Shown piece by piece: positions 30,825 through 39,226 of a DNA stretch of 64,000 nt. Source of the DNA: Coleofasciculus chthonoplastes F2-STO-03 (lineage in GTDB: Bacteria > Cyanobacteriota > Cyanobacteriia > Cyanobacteriales > Coleofasciculaceae); NCBI GenBank assembly GCA_040222015.1, contig JAVJWO010000041.1, positions 14,823 to 78,822 on the forward strand, written 5' to 3'. How positions within the stretch are numbered: the first letter of the stretch is position 1; every line of letters begins with the position of its first letter. The position numbers and the translations under genes were made by a program. The notes under the pieces were generated by a model that worked only from the letters and a program-made list of their open reading frames with translations, was not told the DNA's origin and ran no database searches.

Positions 30825-32033
30825 ATGCAATTTAATACCTTCATTTCATCAATTAAAAATTTAGAACGCTGTGTTAATGCGCCCCATCTACATGAAGTAT
30901 TATTAGAACCGATAGTATTAGCGCGACAGGGACAATTATCAAAAGCGAAGGTACATGATTTAGCCAAAAAAGCGTGGAAAAAACAACTACGCCCGGTACT
31001 CGTCTGGGATGTGTTAATGCCAGAACGGGTAATGAGAACCCTTTGTGATCAGCTAAAGGATTGGCAACTCAGTCTTTTTGGTGCAATTCGTGTGTGTGAT
31101 CCGGGCGCGGCTTATTGGCTGAAAACCCATTTTCCTCAGATACCTATCCAGTTAATTGTTGAGACAGGAAATCACAATCTGGAGGCGTTGCAAGGATGGT
31201 GCGAGATTTTTTCGGATTCCTTGGAACGGTTAGTCTTATCGATTGAACTACCGGAAGAAAAGCTAATTGAATATTGCCAAACCTTACCCGTTCCCTGTGA
31301 ATTGCTAGGTGTGGGACCCATTCTGTTATTTTACTCGCCGCGATCGCTCTTGATAAACCCGTTGCTGGAACGCCAGAATATAGAAGCAACAGAAGACATC
31401 GATTCGCTATACCGATTCAACCCCGACTCCCCTCTCTACCTAGAAGCGACGGCGGCTTTTGCGGATAACCCTAATCGCCATTTTCCGACATTAGAAACTG
31501 CTCATGGAACGTTTATGTTTTTAGACAAATATCAGTTTATCCTGGATCAGTTAGATGGCTTACGTGAGGCGGGTTTACATACCGTGCGATTGGACTTACG
31601 ACATCTGATTCAGGAGGACAATGTTGCTATTGATATTGATGAAATTTGTCGCCAGGTGTTAGAAAATCCGGCAAAAATACGGGAAACTTGGTTCCGAGAA
31701 ACACGCGCTCCTTTTTTCAAAGCGAATCGTACTACCGCCTTGTTTACCCGGATGAAATCAAAACTATCTGAATACCGGAATGATGCCTGTCTAGCGGAAG
31801 TTATGGCTGGAGAAAGTGGCAAATATGTGGTTTTTTACACCTGGCGTTCCTTCGAGATTTCCCAGATTCAAGGTATGGTTTTACCCACGGGTGAAGAAAT
31901 TGTTCCCCAAGACGTTATTTTTCGTACCATAAACGGCAAACCTGTTGATACCTTTGAACCGGAACAAATTTTAGTGACTAATTGGATCAAAAAAGCTGTT
32001 CCGGGTTCTCTGCTGCTGGGTAAAATGTCTTGA
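30825..32033 (+). CDS. Divergent peptidase U32 family partner subunit (YrrN-like, lacking the Cys cluster)
   Basis: DPGA, RLVLSIEL, GPILLFYSPRSLL and ETAHGTFMF resemble U32 motifs; co-oriented 32 bp after the first U32 gene. Confidence 0.7.
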   Translation: MQFNTFISSIKNLERCVNAPHLHEVLLEPIVLARQGQLSKAKVHDLAKKAWKKQLRPVLVWDVLMPERVMRTLCDQLKDWQLSLFGAIRVCDPGAAYWLKTHFPQIPIQLIVETGNHNLEALQGWCEIFSDSLERLVLSIELPEEKLIEYCQTLPVPCELLGVGPILLFYSPRSLLINPLLERQNIEATEDIDSLYRFNPDSPLYLEATAAFADNPNRHFPTLETAHGTFMFLDKYQFILDQLDGLREAGLHTVRLDLRHLIQEDNVAIDIDEICRQVLENPAKIRETWFRETRAPFFKANRTTALFTRMKSKLSEYRNDACLAEVMAGESGKYVVFYTWRSFEISQIQGMVLPTGEEIVPQDVIFRTINGKPVDTFEPEQILVTNWIKKAVPGSLLLGKMS

Positions 32034-32046
32034 TTAATTCAGACAT

Positions 32047-32154
32047 GTAGGGGCGGGTTTGACAGATAACAGTTTGCCACCAACCGATAACTTAACTAAA
32101 CCCGCCCTTATAGAGTGCGATACCTTGATAAGGGCGCAAGCCTTGCGCCCCTAC
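32047..32154. repeat. REPIN-like element plus REP hairpin
   Basis: GTAGGGGCGGGTTT...AAACCCGCCC (32047-32107) and GGGCGCAAGCCTTGCGCCCCTAC. Confidence 0.75.
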
Positions 32155-32224
32155 GTTAGGGTGTACTTCATCTGGGTCATATTTACTAAAAAGATACTAA
32201 TTTCTACTAAATTAGTAGGTTAAG

Positions 32225-32965
32225 ATGTCAGCTATTCATAATCAACGACTGAGAATGTCTAATCCATACTTTCGCTTCAAGCAATTCACCGTCTTTCACG
32301 ATCGCTGTGCGATGAAGGTGGGAACGGATGGTACACTGTTAGGAGTATGGACGGATATCACAGGCGTGCAAAGCATTCTGGATATTGGCACAGGAACGGG
32401 TTTGGTTGCACTCATGTTGGCACAGCGATCGCAGGCGCACATTGATGCGGTGGAAATTGACGCAGAGGCTGGCATTCAGGCGCGGGAGAATGTGGAGAAA
32501 TCACCGTGGCGCGATCGCATTCAGGTGTATCAGGGTTCTGTGCAAGATTATGCCACGACTTGCTCAAAGCGGTACGATCTGATTGTGTCTAATCCTCCCT
32601 TTTTTGACAATGCCAGTAAAGCGTCACAAAAGGCGAGAACCGTAGCACGACATAGTGATTCTTTGAAGCAATTGGATCTATTACAAGTGGCGGAACAGCT
32701 TTTGGGTGAGAATGGCAGGCTAGCTGTAATTTACCCCACTGAGTCAGCCCAAATATTCCAAGAAAAAGCCGAATTATTTAGTTTATTTTTCCACAGGAAA
32801 CTCTCTGTTAAACCGACCTTAGCCAGTCAAACTAAACGAATTATACTGGAACTGGGGAAACATCAGTTATCCTCTCAGGAAAACATCCTTACGATAGAAG
32901 CCACCAGACGGGTTTATACCCCTGAATTTATTAGCTTGATTAAAGAATTTTACCTGAAATATTAA
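32225..32965 (+). CDS. trmN6: tRNA1(Val) (adenine(37)-N6)-methyltransferase (YfiC/TrmN6-like)
   Basis: FRFKQFTVFHDRCAMKVGTDGTLLGVW, LDIGTGTG, SNPPFF, ARH, YTPEF..L.KEFYLK are YfiC-family signatures; start 32225 or 32255. Confidence 0.9.
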   Translation: MSAIHNQRLRMSNPYFRFKQFTVFHDRCAMKVGTDGTLLGVWTDITGVQSILDIGTGTGLVALMLAQRSQAHIDAVEIDAEAGIQARENVEKSPWRDRIQVYQGSVQDYATTCSKRYDLIVSNPPFFDNASKASQKARTVARHSDSLKQLDLLQVAEQLLGENGRLAVIYPTESAQIFQEKAELFSLFFHRKLSVKPTLASQTKRIILELGKHQLSSQENILTIEATRRVYTPEFISLIKEFYLKY

Positions 32966-33171
32966 TTTAAATATCTATATTTGGGATTATAAGTTAATTT
33001 GTATAACCATAGACATAAGCCTGAATGCTCTGGAAGTTAACTTCGTAGGTTGGGTTGAGGAACGAAACCCAACTAGAACATACGAGCTGAAACCATAGTG
33101 AAGCTCGTTGCCAAGATTGAGTCTAACTTTAGGCTGATGAGAATCCTGCAAATACTAATCAAACTAGAGAT

Positions 33172-33471
33172 ATGTGGAATAATCAAAATCCCCCAGAATT
33201 CGAGCATGACGGTGTTCCCCATCCCCACCATCCCCAACGAGATGGGGCAGATGAAAAATCTCCAGACACTGAACAGGAAAGCCTTGACCCTAATCTATCG
33301 CCAGAGCATATAAAAGCGACAACAAAATCGTTGAAGCGTATCTATATTACTCTCCTGATTATGGGTTTACTTTTAGGAGGAGTGGTATCTGTAGGGGTTG
33401 TCATCGCCCTCGATCGCATGGGATTGACAGATGCCCCAGCAGATGTGGAAGAGACTGAAATGCCGTATTAA
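33172..33471 (+). CDS. Hypothetical single-TM membrane protein
   Basis: 99 aa; acidic/Pro-rich N-terminus and one hydrophobic helix. Confidence 0.65.
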   Translation: MWNNQNPPEFEHDGVPHPHHPQRDGADEKSPDTEQESLDPNLSPEHIKATTKSLKRIYITLLIMGLLLGGVVSVGVVIALDRMGLTDAPADVEETEMPY

Positions 33472-33617
33472 GCCGAATGGCGCTGAAAAGCGTGCATTTT
33501 TGGGTCGCCGAAACCCTTGATATACCGTAGGGTGGGCATTGCCCACCAGCCCAAATTTCAGTACTATTCCTATTAAGCCTGCCGCGCCTCGAATTGGATA
33601 GTTGTGCGATCGGTTAG

Positions 33618-33966
33618 TGGTGAGGAGGGCGGGTTTTGTTGTTCCGTTTTCGGTGAGGAGGGCGGGTTTTGTTGTTCCGTTTTCGGTGAGGAGCTGAATT
33701 TAGTCCCTAAACCCGCCCCTACGATTGTCCCTAAACCCGCCCCTACGATTGTCCCTAAACCCGCCCCTACGATTGTCCCTAAACCCGCCCCTACAATTGT
33801 TACTAAACCCGCCCCTACAATTGTTACTAAACCCGCCCCTACAATTGTTACTAAACCCGCCCCTACAATTGTTACTAAACCCGCCCCTACAATTGTTGCT
33901 AAATCTGCCCCTACAATTGTTGCTAAATCTGCCCCTACAATTGTTGCTAAATCTGCCCCTACAATT
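33618..33966. repeat. Tandemly amplified REPIN arms: ~2.4 x 33-bp units followed by 11 x 24-bp units
   Basis: GGTGAGGAGGGCGGGTTTTGTTGTTCCGTTTTC x2, then GTCCCTAAACCCGCCCCTAC.ATT x4, GTTACTAAACCCGCCCCTACAATT x4, GTTGCTAAATCTGCCCCTACAATT x3. Confidence 0.92.
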
Positions 33967-33971
33967 GACTG

Positions 33972-34745
33972 ATGAATTACGACAAACTCGATCCAGAACT
34001 TGAGCATACAAAACTTTATCTGAGTCCTGAAAAAGATGAACTCTTTGAAAAAGGAGTGTGGCCCAAGCCGTTTGTCTTTAACCAGGATGTTGTCAATGTT
34101 TTCGATAATATGATATCCCGTTCCGTTCCGCTGTACCAAGAGGTGCTAACCTGTGCCGCTCATTGGGCGAGAGAGTATTATCAACCGGGAACACGGATTA
34201 TTGATGTGGGCTGTTCTACGGGAACATTTCTGGAATTAGTGGGGCGTTTCTTAAAGCAAAAGGCTACACTCGTGGGGATTGATAATTCTCAACCCATGCT
34301 AGAGAAAGCCAAGCAAAAATTACTTACAATCAAACAGATTCATCAAATTGAATTCATTTGTGACAAGGCAGAAAACTCTTCCTTTGAGAATAGTAGCGTT
34401 GTTGTGATTAACTACACCCTACAATTTTTGCCGCTACAGGTGCGTCAACTCTTGCTCCGAACTATCTACGAGGGATTGGTTCCAGGTGGCTTACTCTTCG
34501 TAAGCGAAAAAGTAAAGTCACCCTATCCTCAATTTCAAGAGACAATCACCCGACACTACGAAGCCTTTAAAGCTCATAATGGTTATGCCCGTACTGAAAT
34601 CGAACGGAAAAAGGAGGCGCTAGAGAATGTTTTAGTGCCGTTAACGGAAGCCCAGCAAGTGCAAATGTTGTATGATAGTGGTTTTAATAGAGTGGATTCA
34701 CTAATTAAATTACATAACTTTATTTCCTGGGTGGCTCTTAAGTAA
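33972..34745 (+). CDS. cmoA: Carboxy-S-adenosyl-L-methionine synthase
   Basis: VFDNMISRSVPLY, DVGCSTG, GIDNSQPM, NYTLQFL, SEK, FKAHNGY...LENVL, NFISWVALK align with E. coli CmoA. Confidence 0.9.
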   Translation: MNYDKLDPELEHTKLYLSPEKDELFEKGVWPKPFVFNQDVVNVFDNMISRSVPLYQEVLTCAAHWAREYYQPGTRIIDVGCSTGTFLELVGRFLKQKATLVGIDNSQPMLEKAKQKLLTIKQIHQIEFICDKAENSSFENSSVVVINYTLQFLPLQVRQLLLRTIYEGLVPGGLLFVSEKVKSPYPQFQETITRHYEAFKAHNGYARTEIERKKEALENVLVPLTEAQQVQMLYDSGFNRVDSLIKLHNFISWVALK

Positions 34746-34772
34746 GAGGTGATTTATACGCCCATAAACTAA

Positions 34773-34900
34773 TAAGCTGTCATGCATTTAAATTTGGTAT
34801 TAGTAGCGAGCAAGATGCAAAGCCTGCGGCATGGCTTCGCTTAACGCACTACCATCCTTGCGCCATTATTGACATTAAGGTTTAAATGCCGAACAGCTTA
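34773..34900. mobile_element. 128-bp MITE-like element with terminal inverted repeats
   Basis: TAAGCTGTCATGCATTTAAA ... TTTAAATGCCGAACAGCTTA; one end also found at 543-573. Confidence 0.7.
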
Positions 34901-35054
34901 GTAGGCTTGACATCAAATAAACTAGACGTTAATTTAGACTTTAGCTATAACTGAACAGTTGATTCCGATTTAGCCAGACGCTCCCCTGGGAGCAACCATG
35001 ATGCCATTGGGAACCTGATTTGTCTCATCGGTTCTATTCCGGAAAACTCTGAAC

Positions 35055-38000
35055 ATGGCTCAACTTGAAGACCTCACTCGTGGTGCAACTGTTAAAGGTA
35101 TCTTACCCAATCACCATGTCACTGTCATTGACGCCAAGTGGCACGGCAGTGATGTGATTGAATTAACCTATAAAGATGCTAGTGGACAACCTCATACCGA
35201 ACTCCTCTTTCGAGACCGAGAGCCGACATTAGATATCGTCACGGAAGGGCAACCTTGGAGTTTTGACGGTGATGGCGCATTACTTCGACTCGTCTCAGAA
35301 GCCCATCGCATTCGGCTAGCTCATCTATTTGACCCACTGCTGGCTGTCCATACCTCCCTCGTCGAACCCCTCCCTCACCAGATCACAGCCGTCTATGGGG
35401 AGATGCTCACCCGTCAGCCGCTGCGGTTCCTCTTAGCGGATGATCCGGGGGCGGGGAAAACGATTATGGCAGGGTTATTTATCCGGGAGTTGCTGATTCG
35501 GGGGGATTTGCAACGCTGTCTGATTGTCTGTCCGGGGAGTCTGGCGGTACAGTGGCAAGATGAACTGTTTCACAAGTTTCATCTGCCCTTTGAGATTTTA
35601 ACGAATGACCGCATCGAAGCGGCTCGCACGGGGAATGCTTTTGCCGAAATGTCGTTGGTTATCGTCCGGCTGGATAAGCTGAGCCGGAATGAGGATTTGC
35701 AAGCTAAGCTTGGTCAAACGGATTGGGATTTGGTGGTGGTGGATGAGGCGCATAAGATGTCAGCCTCGTTTTTTGGGGGAGAAATTAAGGAAACCAAGCG
35801 CTACAAGTTGGGTAAGCTGCTTTCAACGCTGACTCGTCACTTCCTGCTGATGACAGCGACTCCCCATAATGGTAAGGAAGAGGACTTTCAGCTTTTCTTG
35901 ATGCTACTGGATGGCGATCGCTTTGAAGGGCGTTTCCGGGATGGGGTGCATGCTTGTGATACCTCGGACATGATTCGTCGCTTGGTTAAGGAAGATTTAC
36001 TCAAGTTTGATGGCAAGCCTCTGTTTCCAGAACGTCTGGCACATACCGCCCAGTATTTGCTGTCTGATTTGGAAGCGGTTCTCTATAAGCAGGTGACGGA
36101 TTATGTGCGAGAGGAATTCAATCGGGCTGAAGCCCTTGCCAATAATGGACGCAAAGGCACCGTTGGCTTTGCCTTGACTATATTGCAACGTCGCCTTGCA
36201 TCCTCCCCCGAAGCAATTTATCAGTCCCTGCAACGGCGGCGGGAGCGGTTACAGAAACGTCTGCGAGACGAGAAAATGCGATCGCGCGGATTGAGTTTGG
36301 AATTGGAATTTGGACTGACTATCGATTTGGAAGACTGGGACGATGATTTTGAGGAGTCTTCTACTGAGGAGCGGGAAACGACGGAGGAAGAGGTCATTGA
36401 TCTGGCGACAGCCGCTCGCACTATTACTGAACTGCAAGCCGAAATCGATCACTTGGGCGAACTGGAAAATCTAGCGCTGCGGGTGAGGCGCAGTGGCAAG
36501 GATCGTAAATGGGAGGAGCTATCGAAACTCCTGCAAGATCAGGCAGAAATGTTTGATGCTGGAGGTTATCGGCGTAAGCTGGTGATTTTTACTGAGCATC
36601 GAGATACGTTAAACTATTTGACGGAGCGCATCGGCACCCTGTTAGGTCGTCCTGAAGCCATTGTTACAATTCATGGCGGTATGAGTCGAGACTCTCGTAA
36701 ACAGGCAGAAGAAGCCTTTAAGCAAGATCCAACCGTCGAAGTCTTGATTGCTACAGATGCAGCAGGTGAAGGGATTAACCTGCAACGGGCGCATTTGATG
36801 GTGAACTATGACCTGCCTTGGAATCCCAATCGTCTGGAGCAGCGCTTTGGGCGGATTCACCGGATTGGGCAAACGGAAGTCTGTCACCTCTGGAATCTGG
36901 TGGCTGGGGAAACCCGCGAGGGGGATGTGTATCTGGCGCTGTTGCAGAAACTGGAAAAGGAGCAAAACGCGCTCGGCGGTAAGGTTTTCGATGTCTTGGG
37001 GAAAGCGATCGCGGGGAAGGAATTGCGGGAACTGCTGATCGAAGCAATTCGTTATGGCGATCGCGAGGATATCAAAGCGAAGCTTAACCAGGTGGTTGCC
37101 GATCGCCTCGATCAAGGGCGGCTACGGGAATTGCTAGAAGAACGTGCCTTGGCGCGAGACTCTATGGATGCGACGAAGGTGCAGCAAATCCGAGAGGACA
37201 TGGAACGGGCAGAGGCGCGGAAACTTCAGCCCCATTTTATTGCTTCCTTTTTCTTGGCAGCTTTTCAGCGTTTGGGGGGTACGATTCGCCAACGGGAACC
37301 CAAGCGCTATGAGATTACCCATGTTCCGGCGGTGATTCGTAATCGCGATCGACAGATTAGCATAGGTGATCCGATTCTGCGGCGCTATGAGCGGGTTTGC
37401 TTTGAGAAGGAACTGATTAGCGTTCCTGGAAAACCCCTGGCGGATTTCATCTGTCCGGGTCATCCCCTCCTGGATGCTACCCTCGATCTGACCTTAGAAC
37501 GCCACCGTGATTTGCTGCGACAAGGAGCCATTTTAGTGGATCAAAATGATCCGGGTGAAGCGGTACGTGCTTTGGTTTACTTGGAGCATTCCATCCAAGA
37601 TGCTCGCACAGAACGGGAAGGTCGGCGTCGGGTTGTTTCTCGCCGGATGCAGTATGTAGAAATTGACACCACCGGACAGGCTAAGGGGGCAGGTTATGCT
37701 CCCTATCTCGACTATCGACCCCTAGAGGAAGCCGAAAAACCCCTCGTGGAATCGGTTCTGGGTTCTGTAGGGCTTCGAGATGAGATTGAAAGTCAAGCCA
37801 CCAGCTATGCCATTGCCAACTTGGTTACTCCCCATCTCCAGGAGGTGGGGGAACGTAAACAGGAGTTAATTGAAAAGACGGTTCGGGCGGTTAAGGATCG
37901 GCTAACTAAGGAAATTAACTATTGGGATCAACGGGCGGCAGATTTGCGGTTACAGGAACAAGCAGGTAAGCCCAATGCCAAGCTCAACTCGACAAAAGCC

Positions 38001-38624
38001 CAGCAACGGGCAGATGAGTTAGCCGCACGGCTGCAGAAGCGTCTGTCTGAATTGGAACAGGAACGCAAGCTGTCCCCGATGCCGCCTGTGGTAGTTGGTG
38101 GGGCGCTGGTTGTACCTATTGGACTGTTGCAACGGCTGCAAGGCAAACGGGATTCGACTGCCACAATGTTTGCCAGAGAAACGAAGCGGGTAGAACAGTT
38201 GGCAATGGAAGCAGTGATGGCAGAGGAACGAGCATTCGGTTATCAGCCTCAGGATGTTAGTGCCAAAAAGTGTGGCTATGACATCGAATCAGTTGTACCT
38301 GGAACCGGGCGGCTGCGGTTTATAGAAGTCAAGGGCAGAATAGAAGGAGCGGATACTGTCACGGTCACCAAAAATGAGATCCTCACGGCTCTGAATCAGC
38401 CAGATCATTATATTTTGGCGTTGGTGCAGGTTCCCCCTAATCGAAAATTCCCGGAAGGGGATGCGTTTGTGGTTCGGGAAGCGAGGGGAGAGTATAAGCT
38501 ACCAGGAAACGGCTGTGTGGTGCGTTATGTGAAGGAACCGTTTCAACGGGAGCCCGATTTTGGTGCGAGTAGCGTGAACTACCACTGGCAGGAGTTATGG
38601 GAACGGGGGGAGGAACCGAGATGA
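35055..38624 (+). CDS. SNF2/SF2 helicase with C-terminal DUF3883 (PD-(D/E)XK) nuclease
   Basis: LADDPGAGKT, DEAH, TATP, NPNRLEQRFGRIHRIGQ; C-terminal GYDIES...FIEVKG...VTKNE. Confidence 0.92.
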   Translation: MAQLEDLTRGATVKGILPNHHVTVIDAKWHGSDVIELTYKDASGQPHTELLFRDREPTLDIVTEGQPWSFDGDGALLRLVSEAHRIRLAHLFDPLLAVHTSLVEPLPHQITAVYGEMLTRQPLRFLLADDPGAGKTIMAGLFIRELLIRGDLQRCLIVCPGSLAVQWQDELFHKFHLPFEILTNDRIEAARTGNAFAEMSLVIVRLDKLSRNEDLQAKLGQTDWDLVVVDEAHKMSASFFGGEIKETKRYKLGKLLSTLTRHFLLMTATPHNGKEEDFQLFLMLLDGDRFEGRFRDGVHACDTSDMIRRLVKEDLLKFDGKPLFPERLAHTAQYLLSDLEAVLYKQVTDYVREEFNRAEALANNGRKGTVGFALTILQRRLASSPEAIYQSLQRRRERLQKRLRDEKMRSRGLSLELEFGLTIDLEDWDDDFEESSTEERETTEEEVIDLATAARTITELQAEIDHLGELENLALRVRRSGKDRKWEELSKLLQDQAEMFDAGGYRRKLVIFTEHRDTLNYLTERIGTLLGRPEAIVTIHGGMSRDSRKQAEEAFKQDPTVEVLIATDAAGEGINLQRAHLMVNYDLPWNPNRLEQRFGRIHRIGQTEVCHLWNLVAGETREGDVYLALLQKLEKEQNALGGKVFDVLGKAIAGKELRELLIEAIRYGDREDIKAKLNQVVADRLDQGRLRELLEERALARDSMDATKVQQIREDMERAEARKLQPHFIASFFLAAFQRLGGTIRQREPKRYEITHVPAVIRNRDRQISIGDPILRRYERVCFEKELISVPGKPLADFICPGHPLLDATLDLTLERHRDLLRQGAILVDQNDPGEAVRALVYLEHSIQDARTEREGRRRVVSRRMQYVEIDTTGQAKGAGYAPYLDYRPLEEAEKPLVESVLGSVGLRDEIESQATSYAIANLVTPHLQEVGERKQELIEKTVRAVKDRLTKEINYWDQRAADLRLQEQAGKPNAKLNSTKAQQRADELAARLQKRLSELEQERKLSPMPPVVVGGALVVPIGLLQRLQGKRDSTATMFARETKRVEQLAMEAVMAEERAFGYQPQDVSAKKCGYDIESVVPGTGRLRFIEVKGRIEGADTVTVTKNEILTALNQPDHYILALVQVPPNRKFPEGDAFVVREARGEYKLPGNGCVVRYVKEPFQREPDFGASSVNYHWQELWERGEEPR

Positions 38625-39226
38625 GTTATCGAGAATTCACCTGGTCCAAGGCGAAGCAAGATTTTGGCTTAAAGACGATTGAGGGCGATCGCTTTTTTCC
38701 GGTTCTCCCGGAAGTGCAACCCAGTTCCCTCTTGCAGGAAATGCTTCAGCGTAATATTCCTTGGGCGATCGCGGTTGGTAATGAAAAAGCTCGTTCTGAA
38801 GCGATTATTAATCCGATTCTGTTGGAGGTTCAGCAAGTCTTAGAGCGGAAAATCAGCGTTTTTTCAGGAGAAGAGTTCAATGTAGACCCCAAAGCTGGAC
38901 TCAATGGCATCTGTGATTTTTTAATCAGTCAATCACCCGAGCAAATTGTGGTGGAAGCCCCGGTTTTGGTCGTGGTGGAAGCGAAAAAAGACGACTTGAA
39001 GCGAGGGATGGGACAGTGTTTGGCTGAGATGGTGGCAGCGCAGCGCTTTAACCGGGCGAATCAACAAGCAATTCCCACGATTTATGGCAGTGTCACGACA
39101 GGAACGGCTTGGCGGTTTCTTAAGTTGGAGGACAGTATAGTAACAGTGGATTTGACGGATTATCCGGTTCCCCCGGTTGAACAGGTACTCAGTATTTTAG
39201 TCTGGATAGCCAATAACACCCGATGA
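38621..39226 (+). CDS. Small restriction-endonuclease-fold (PD-(D/E)XK, HsdR-N-like) protein
   Basis: EKARSE, GICDFL, VEAKK, QCLAEM, YGSVTTGTAWRF; ATGA overlaps with both neighbours (38621-38624, 39223-39226). Confidence 0.75.
   Translation: MSYREFTWSKAKQDFGLKTIEGDRFFPVLPEVQPSSLLQEMLQRNIPWAIAVGNEKARSEAIINPILLEVQQVLERKISVFSGEEFNVDPKAGLNGICDFLISQSPEQIVVEAPVLVVVEAKKDDLKRGMGQCLAEMVAAQRFNRANQQAIPTIYGSVTTGTAWRFLKLEDSIVTVDLTDYPVPPVEQVLSILVWIANNTR

Noticed and set aside
33604..34139. CRISPR-like appearance of the 24-bp array, and the repetitive ORFs across it (KPAPTIV, GAGLVTIV, NNCRGGF)
   Set aside because: Units are head-to-tail with no unique spacers and no cas genes nearby. The ORFs arise because a 24-bp unit without stops is open in several frames.
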